From NCBI GenBank assembly GCA_050010555.1, contig JBEKKV010000001.1, positions 36,525-100,524 of the forward strand: a DNA stretch of 64,000 bases, given 5' to 3'. The translations under genes and the position numbers were made by a program. This document shows, in pieces, positions 58,313-64,000 of the stretch. Numbering within the stretch: the first letter of the stretch is position 1; every line of letters begins with the position of its first letter. The notes beneath the pieces are model-generated. The model had not been told where the DNA came from and ran no database searches. It was given only the letters and a program-made list of their open reading frames with translations. The stretch comes from Dehalococcoidia bacterium (GTDB lineage Bacteria; Chloroflexota; Dehalococcoidia; DSTF01; JALHUB01).

Positions 58313-59366
58313 AGGCGCTAGCTCGCAATCCGGTTGGCAGATCCGCGTACTGCCCGTGCGACACGGAGTTCACCAGCACTTTTGCGCCGCCCATATCGAA
58401 CTGGAAGTCCATGCGATAGAGGCCAAGGCGCTCCATCTCGGCGCAGACGGCCGCCCGCCGATCCGGTTCGCAGTAGATCAGAAGGAAGCCGCCGCCGCCG
58501 GCGCCCGTCACCTTGCCGCCGATCGCGCCCTGGGCAATCGCCCGCTCGTAGACGCTGTCGATGCGCGCGTTCGTGACGCCGCCGGCCAGCCGCTTCTTCT
58601 GCTCCCAGGTGTCGCGCAGGATGCGACCGACTCGCGGCAGGTCGGCCTGCTCCAGCGATTGCTTGACCTCCTGCGCAGCCTCCTTCAGGTAGTGCAGCGC
58701 CTCGATAACCTCGGCGTTCTTCTCCCGCGTCGCCCGGCGCTGATCGTTGCCGATATTGCCGGCACTGCGGGCGGAGCCGAGGAAGAAAAGCAGCAGCCTC
58801 TCTCGCAGGCGCTGGCGAACATCGCTGTCCAGCTCCAATGGCGCTACCTCGACGCCAGCGTCGTCGAAATAGATGCAGTTCAGGCCTCCGAAAGCCGCCG
58901 CGTACTGGTCTTGCTTGCCGCATGGCCGCCCAAGCTTCTCGCTTTCGATGCGATAGGCCATGTCTGCTACTTGCTTCGGCCCCAAGCGCTGCCCGACGAG
59001 TGTGCTGAACGCCTTGATCAGCGCCACGGCTACCGAGCTTGAGGAGCCGAGCCCCGTACCGGGCGGAATCTCCGACGCCAGGAAGACTGAAAAGCCCTGG
59101 TTTACTCCGAACTCGTGCAGGACGGCCCGCGGCAGGCGCAGGTCGCCGTCCCAGATGGGCTTCTCATGACTTAGCCAGCGATTGAAGCAGCGGTAGTCGG
59201 ATGAGCTTATGTGGACGCCTTCTCCCTCGTTGGGGTGAACGAACGCATAGAAGTACTTGTCGATAGCGGCGCTAACGACCATCCCTCCATACGGGCCGTA
59301 GTACTCCTCCAGGTCGGTGCCGCCACCGGCCAGGCTGATCCGCACGGGTGCTCGTACAAGCAGCAT
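58305..59366 (-). CDS. hddA: GHMP kinase, D-glycero-alpha-D-manno-heptose-7-phosphate kinase type
   Basis: RAPVRISLAGGGTD, IPPGTGLGSSSS, GKQDQYAAAFGG, GGKVTGAGGGGF; start 59366 or 59381. Confidence 0.85.
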   Translation of the reverse strand: MLLVRAPVRISLAGGGTDLEEYYGPYGGMVVSAAIDKYFYAFVHPNEGEGVHISSSDYRCFNRWLSHEKPIWDGDLRLPRAVLHEFGVNQGFSVFLASEIPPGTGLGSSSSVAVALIKAFSTLVGQRLGPKQVADMAYRIESEKLGRPCGKQDQYAAAFGGLNCIYFDDAGVEVAPLELDSDVRQRLRERLLLFFLGSARSAGNIGNDQRRATREKNAEVIEALHYLKEAAQEVKQSLEQADLPRVGRILRDTWEQKKRLAGGVTNARIDSVYERAIAQGAIGGKVTGAGGGGFLLIYCEPDRRAAVCAEMERLGLYRMDFQFDMGGAKVLVNSVSHGQYADLPTGLRASAYV

Positions 59367-60141
59367 CTTCGTTGTCTCCATCAAACTCAGGTGGGCGGGA
59401 ACTCTCGCTGCCGGATGAAAGATGTGCGACTTCGACTCTCCCGGACCCCAGGTCGCGCTCGGCCTGGACATAGCGTTCTGGAGAGCCGATGTCGAGGAAA
59501 TAGCTATCGCTCAGGTAGGCGAGGACCGATTCGCTCCGCTCCAGCAGGAGAGGGATGAGCTGATCGCCGAAATCGAAGAATGAGTCCGGTGGTATGAAGC
59601 GCAGGACCGACGGCTCGACCGCGTACACGCCGGTATTCGCCCAGTGCGATGCGGTCTCTCCAGGTGCCGGTTTCTCGCGGAAGCGCCGCACTATGCCGTC
59701 GCCGTCCACCTCCGCGATGCCGCAGCGTTCCGGCTCGTCGGTCGGGTACAGCGCCATCGTCAGGGCCGCGCCGCCGCTGCGATGAGACTCCGCGAGTGCG
59801 GAGAGATCGATGTCGGTCAGCACGTCGCCGTAGAGGACAAAGAAGGTTTCGTCGAAGAAGCGCTCCAGCTTCTTGACGGCGCCGGCCGAGCCCAGCAGCG
59901 TTTCCTCTTGCGAGTAGGAGATGCGCACGCCGAGCTTGGAGCCGTCGCCCAGGTGCCGCCGGATTGCCCCTGGCCGGTGGTGCAGATTGACGGCGATCTC
60001 TGTGACACCGTGCCGGGCGAGCAGGGCTACCAGGCGATCGATGAGCGGCCGTCCGCCTAGCGGCAGCAACGGCTTCGGCACGCGCTCCGTGAGGGGGCGC
60101 AAGCGCCTGCCTTCGCCGGCCGCCAGGATGATCGCCTTCAT
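59272..60141 (-). CDS. hddC: NDP-sugar nucleotidyltransferase (HddC-like heptose-1-phosphate guanylyltransferase)
   Basis: ILAAGEGRRLRPLT, PKPLL, LLGSAGAV, LYGDVL, FREKP, DIGSPE; adjacent to hddA, gmhA and gmhB. Confidence 0.7.
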   Translation of the reverse strand: MKAIILAAGEGRRLRPLTERVPKPLLPLGGRPLIDRLVALLARHGVTEIAVNLHHRPGAIRRHLGDGSKLGVRISYSQEETLLGSAGAVKKLERFFDETFFVLYGDVLTDIDLSALAESHRSGGAALTMALYPTDEPERCGIAEVDGDGIVRRFREKPAPGETASHWANTGVYAVEPSVLRFIPPDSFFDFGDQLIPLLLERSESVLAYLSDSYFLDIGSPERYVQAERDLGSGRVEVAHLSSGSESSRPPEFDGDNEDAACTSTRADQPGRWRHRPGGVLRPVWRDGR

Positions 60142-60734
60142 GCCGCCCTTTCCTCTTCCCAGCCGCTGTTACGCAGAAACCAGCGCGCCGCCGCCTCCAG
60201 ATCGGGCGCAACCCATCGGAGCGGATGGCTCCCGCCAGCACGTCGCAACGAGGGCCGCGTGCGCTTGCCGGTCAGCACCATGACGAAGGGAATGCCCGCC
60301 GCCTGCGCCGCCTTCATGTCGCTGGGGCTGTCGCCGACGAAGCAGGTGGACTCCGGGTCGATACGGAAGCGGCGCATCGCCTCGACGATGAGGCCGGGCC
60401 GCGGTTTGCGACAGCCGCAGCCGGCTGTGGGGGTGTGCGGGCAGCAAAGGATGGCGTCGATGCGGCCGCCGTGCGCTTCCACTTCCGCCGTCATGCGCCG
60501 GTGGATCGCGTCCAGCGTCTGGCTGCTGATGATCCCGCGTCCGACGGGCGACTGGTTGGTGACGATGACGACGCGCACGTCGCGCTTCGCCAGCAGACGC
60601 AGGGCGTCGAGGGAGCCGGGCAGGAACTCGAACTCCTGCCAGCACTTCACATAATCGTCGCGATTGCGGTTGACGACGCCATCGCGGTCGAGAAAGATCG
60701 TCGGCCGCGTCGGCTCGCTTTCCGCCTTCTGCAT
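60138..60734 (-). CDS. gmhB: D-glycero-D-manno-heptose 1,7-bisphosphate phosphatase
   Basis: FLDRDGVVN, VTNQS, CPHTPTAGCGCRKPRPG, FVGDSPSD. Confidence 0.9.
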   Translation of the reverse strand: MQKAESEPTRPTIFLDRDGVVNRNRDDYVKCWQEFEFLPGSLDALRLLAKRDVRVVIVTNQSPVGRGIISSQTLDAIHRRMTAEVEAHGGRIDAILCCPHTPTAGCGCRKPRPGLIVEAMRRFRIDPESTCFVGDSPSDMKAAQAAGIPFVMVLTGKRTRPSLRRAGGSHPLRWVAPDLEAAARWFLRNSGWEEERAA

Positions 60735-60751
60735 CGATTCTCTCAAATGCG

Positions 60752-62680
60752 TTACCCCGCTGTCTGGTACGTCAGCACGATCTCGCGGTCGCGCGAGAGG
60801 TCCGTTTGCACTTCCAAGCCGTCGCCGCTCACCGGCTTGCCGTCGAGCTGCAGCGAGAGCGGCTTCGCGCCTTCCGGCAGCGACAGGCTGAGCGAGAGCG
60901 GAATGTCGCCCGTCCCGGGCTGCTTCTGGATGAACAGGCTGTACCGGGCCGTCTTTCCGCCGAGGTCCGCCACTGCCGGTGTGACGTACTGGAACGCCAC
61001 CTCCCGCTTCGCGTCTTTCGGCAGGCCGAAGAAGCGCCCGAAGACGCTCTTGCCGTCCTCCTGCGTCACTTCCTGCGCGCCGGCGCTTGTGCCGTCAACG
61101 GCGATGTCCACCAGCCGGCTCGACCCTTTCGTGAACAGGCGCAGGTAGCCGCCGTAGAGGCCTTGCAGCATCAGCCGGTAGACGAGCTGCGGGTCGCGGC
61201 CCTGCTCCCAGGCGGCGAGCTGATTCTGGTAGTCGAAAGTGACGGTGCTGTGCGCGTCGCCCAGCTCGTCCAGCGCGACCTGCACCTGCATCCGCTTGTC
61301 GATGGCGATGTTCAGCTTCGTGCTGTTCACGCTGGCCTCCACCGGCATCAGGTAGTCGCCGGGCGGGTCCTGGAGCGAGCCGTCCAGCCCCATGTCATGC
61401 GCCAGCGATTGGAGCTCCGGGTTGAACGAGTAGAAGAGCGCCGTTTTGCTGTCGCGCAGCTTCTGCATCGTGTCCAGCAGCGGACTCCACTGGGAGGACG
61501 GCAGGCTCATGAGGCGCTGCAGCATGTCCTCAGCGAGAAAGGCCGTGAAGGCCTTGCGGTCGCTGCCGGGCTCCAGCGGCGTTCGCGTGAGCGCTTCCGT
61601 CGTATCGAGCACGTTCGACGGGTCCACTGTGACTCCGTACTCGCTCACGTCAATGGGGCCGGTAATGTCCAGGAGTTGCTGCAGCGTTGTCACGTTGATG
61701 CCGATGACGCCGTCGACGGGACCGCCGCCGCCCTTCTCGTAGAAGACCTGCGCCTGTTGCGCGGCCGTCGGGAAGTCGGGCGACCAGTTGGCAAGGTCTA
61801 GACCCCAACTCCAGTCCTTGAGCAGGTAGTCCTTCAGCGGCGTCGGCGGCTCCACGTACTCGTGCGAGGTCGCCTGCCACCGCTCGTTGAAGGCGATGGC
61901 GTCGGAAAACGACATCTGCTGGACGTGGCCCTGATCCAGGGTCACAACGCCGAAGACAGAGATGAGGCCGCCTGTAGGCAGAAGCTCCGCGTTGTTTTGC
62001 GCCAGCACCAGGTAGGTGCGCGGGCCCTGGAAGCCGAGGAAGTCGGGGAGGAAGGCCGATGCCTGGTCATACGTTTTCACCAGGTTCGCGATCTCGCCGC
62101 TGTGCTCGTCGACCTGGCTGACGGCGTGCCCAAGCGGCGACACGAGGCCGCCGCCGTCGATGCTCTGACGGACGGCGAGCAAGGCGTCGAGCCCGGCGCT
62201 GACCTGTTGCATGTGCGGCCTCACCCTGTCGAGAAGAGTCATCGTCTTCTCGCTCGTATCCCCGGCGGGCATCTCCCGCACCGCCCTGTACTCTTCGGCA
62301 ACGGCAACGCCGGCCAGGCCGATGTCGCTGGCATCCCTGCCCATGGCGAGCACGTCCTCAGCCGTCGAAGCCTGCCGGCCCAGCCACGGCACGTGCTCCG
62401 CGAGGCGAACCAGCGGGTCGTGGCGGAGAGCGCTCTGGCAGGAGGTGAACTCCGATTCCGCCGCCTCCAGGTGGCGCTTGGTCGTCGCCAGCTCGTCTTC
62501 GGTCGCGTCCAACCGCTGTTGTTGCAGCGTGTCCTGGGCCTGGAGCAACTGCTCCCTGGCGTTGGCCGCGTCCTGGTAGAGCGGGCGGTAGTGCCACCAG
62601 CCCAGGGCAGCCACGACTGCCAGCGTGAGGACTGCTCCGAGAACCAGCTTCAAACCGAGCCGTGGCTTCCTGAGTCTCAC
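60752..62680 (-). CDS. DUF4012-domain membrane-anchored extracytoplasmic protein
   Basis: N-terminal TM, helical region, YLVLAQNNAELLPTGG, NWSPDFPTAA, DGVIGIN, QKQPG; GTG 62680 start inferred. Confidence 0.8.
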   Translation of the reverse strand: MRLRKPRLGLKLVLGAVLTLAVVAALGWWHYRPLYQDAANAREQLLQAQDTLQQQRLDATEDELATTKRHLEAAESEFTSCQSALRHDPLVRLAEHVPWLGRQASTAEDVLAMGRDASDIGLAGVAVAEEYRAVREMPAGDTSEKTMTLLDRVRPHMQQVSAGLDALLAVRQSIDGGGLVSPLGHAVSQVDEHSGEIANLVKTYDQASAFLPDFLGFQGPRTYLVLAQNNAELLPTGGLISVFGVVTLDQGHVQQMSFSDAIAFNERWQATSHEYVEPPTPLKDYLLKDWSWGLDLANWSPDFPTAAQQAQVFYEKGGGGPVDGVIGINVTTLQQLLDITGPIDVSEYGVTVDPSNVLDTTEALTRTPLEPGSDRKAFTAFLAEDMLQRLMSLPSSQWSPLLDTMQKLRDSKTALFYSFNPELQSLAHDMGLDGSLQDPPGDYLMPVEASVNSTKLNIAIDKRMQVQVALDELGDAHSTVTFDYQNQLAAWEQGRDPQLVYRLMLQGLYGGYLRLFTKGSSRLVDIAVDGTSAGAQEVTQEDGKSVFGRFFGLPKDAKREVAFQYVTPAVADLGGKTARYSLFIQKQPGTGDIPLSLSLSLPEGAKPLSLQLDGKPVSGDGLEVQTDLSRDREIVLTYQTAG

Positions 62681-62728
62681 GTTCTCTCTATTCGATTTTG
62701 TGTACCCGCCCTGCGGGCAGCCAGGCTT

Positions 62729-62762
62729 GCCGGTCGCGCGCGTTGAGACGTTCGCGACCGGC
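62729..62762 (-). other. Strong RNA hairpin between the sortase substrate and DUF4012 genes
   Basis: Perfect 10-bp stem GCCGGTCGCG/CGCGACCGGC; no U-tract. Confidence 0.55.
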
Positions 62763-62774
62763 GTCGCCTTCTTG

Positions 62775-63335
62775 TTACGAGCCGCGCTTTGTGGCGATCC
62801 GTATCGCCGAACCGGAAACGAACAGAAGCAGGCCGCCGGCAAGCAGGGTCAGGAGCAGGCCGGAAGGCGTCGTGTCGGCGGGACCGGTGCCGGTCGAAGG
62901 CACTGTGACGTTCGCGGGCGCTGCCGCGGGCGCTGCCGCCGGCGCCGCTACTTCTACCAACACCTGGCTCGTAAGGTCGCCGCAGTTTGCGCCAACGACC
63001 ACCGTTCCCGGCGTGGAGCCGACGGCCAGCGACGTCGTCGCGATTCCGTTGGCGTCCGTCATCTTCGGCGCCGCGTCAACGGTTGCGCCCGTGCCCGGTT
63101 GCGATACGACCTGGAACGTGCACTCCAACCCGGACTGGGCCACGCCCGCCTGGTTGACCACCGTGGCGGAGATCGACACCGTGGCTCCCGTCGCCGGTGC
63201 GCTGTTGGACAGCGTCATGGTCACGCTGCCCGTGGGCGGCGGGTAGGCCAACGCTGTGCCGCCGCCAACCACCCCGACCAGCAGGAGGCCGGCGAACAGC
63301 GCCGCCAACTTGCATCCAAAGCTAGACCACTTCAT
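62775..63335 (-). CDS. Sortase-sorted surface protein (Big_1-like Ig domain, VPSTG sorting signal)
   Basis: Signal peptide, TDANGIATTSL Ig motif, (APAA)n linker, VPSTGTG, hydrophobic helix, basic tail KRGS; SD AAGGAG. Confidence 0.8.
   Translation of the reverse strand: MKWSSFGCKLAALFAGLLLVGVVGGGTALAYPPPTGSVTMTLSNSAPATGATVSISATVVNQAGVAQSGLECTFQVVSQPGTGATVDAAPKMTDANGIATTSLAVGSTPGTVVVGANCGDLTSQVLVEVAAPAAAPAAAPANVTVPSTGTGPADTTPSGLLLTLLAGGLLLFVSGSAIRIATKRGS
62915..62949 (+). repeat. 12-bp tandem repeat encoding the APAA linker
   Basis: GCGGGCGCTGCC twice, then a degenerate third copy. Confidence 0.6.
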
Positions 63336-63377
63336 TTCTCTTCTCCTTTTCTCCCGCGTCCCACCAGAAACGCGGGG

Positions 63378-64000
63378 CTAACCCGTTCGTAACCCGCTAG
63401 CGTGCGTTCCGTCGCCGGTGGGCAAGGCCCGCACGACTAATCGGTCACTGTATTGCCGCGACGCGGCGTCGAACGTGCCGGCGCAGGTTATCAGCGTGAT
63501 CATCTCGCTGCTTGTTGCTCCGACGATCTCCGGGGTGGGCGCCGTGGCGGCCGGATAGGTGACGCTGAGAACGACCTCGTAGTCGTGGACGCTGCCGTCG
63601 GCCAGGCGGACCTCGACGGCGTCTCCCTTCTTCAGGTCTTTTAGCCGTGCGAAGACCGCCGGCCCGTAATCGTGGTAGTCAACGTGGGCGGAGAAGACGG
63701 CGTTGCCGCCGCCGCCGGGCCTGGCCGAGAAGTCGTACCAGGCGACGTCCTCCGGCCCGTTGGGTGGCTGCATCACGCCGTCCGGGCCGATCGTCTTCAC
63801 GCTCACGGGCGCGTCGACGCCGATGCTGGGAATGACGACGCGCACGGGCAGCGCCTGCTCGACCGGAGCCTGCGGCGGTCTGGGCGCCGGTGTCGGCGAG
63901 GAGGCTACAGCGGACTGCAAGCCCAGCGAGTCGCTCTTAGTGCCGTCGCTGCCGAAAATGACCCAGGCCGACCAGGCGACCGCGGCCAGCGCCACGGACG
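63378..64000 (-). CDS. Class F sortase; 5' end lies outside the window
   Basis: N-terminal TM, IPSIGVDAPV, VAWY, GNAVFSAHVD (His), LITCAG (Cys), DRLVVRA (Arg). Confidence 0.9.
   Translation of the reverse strand, partial: SVALAAVAWSAWVIFGSDGTKSDSLGLQSAVASSPTPAPRPPQAPVEQALPVRVVIPSIGVDAPVSVKTIGPDGVMQPPNGPEDVAWYDFSARPGGGGNAVFSAHVDYHDYGPAVFARLKDLKKGDAVEVRLADGSVHDYEVVLSVTYPAATAPTPEIVGATSSEMITLITCAGTFDAASRQYSDRLVVRALPTGDGTHASGLRTG

Overview
GC-rich bacterial chromosomal window, most likely from a monoderm Chloroflexota (Dehalococcoidia-like) organism. This is inferred from gene content and was not checked by any search. From left to right it holds: two tandem glutamine synthetases (GSI-beta-like, then GSI-alpha-like); an 11-gene nuoABCDHIJKLMN operon with no nuoEFG; valS; a lone, more AT-rich Schlafen/AlbA_2 gene with a C-terminal Ig-like domain; a HAD-GH65-USP-ferritin operon; assorted transport and redox genes; a three-gene archaeal-type glutamate synthase with a second, degenerate FMN subunit; a leaderless TetR-ClC-small Cys/His protein unit; a degenerate GAF-GGDEF pair; and an about 21 kb surface-glycan locus. 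That locus links a class F sortase, a VPSTG-type substrate, a DUF4012 protein, a full GDP-D-glycero-alpha-D-manno-heptose pathway, an apparently dead plus an intact priming phosphoglycosyl transferase, a MurJ-like flippase, methyl- and pyruvyl-transferases, four GT4 enzymes and an O-antigen-ligase-family protein. No tRNA, rRNA, CRISPR array, transposase or integrase was seen. The best candidates for undescribed systems are the sortase/DUF4012/heptose glycosylation locus and the Schlafen-Ig gene. All product calls come from motif recognition by eye, without database searches.
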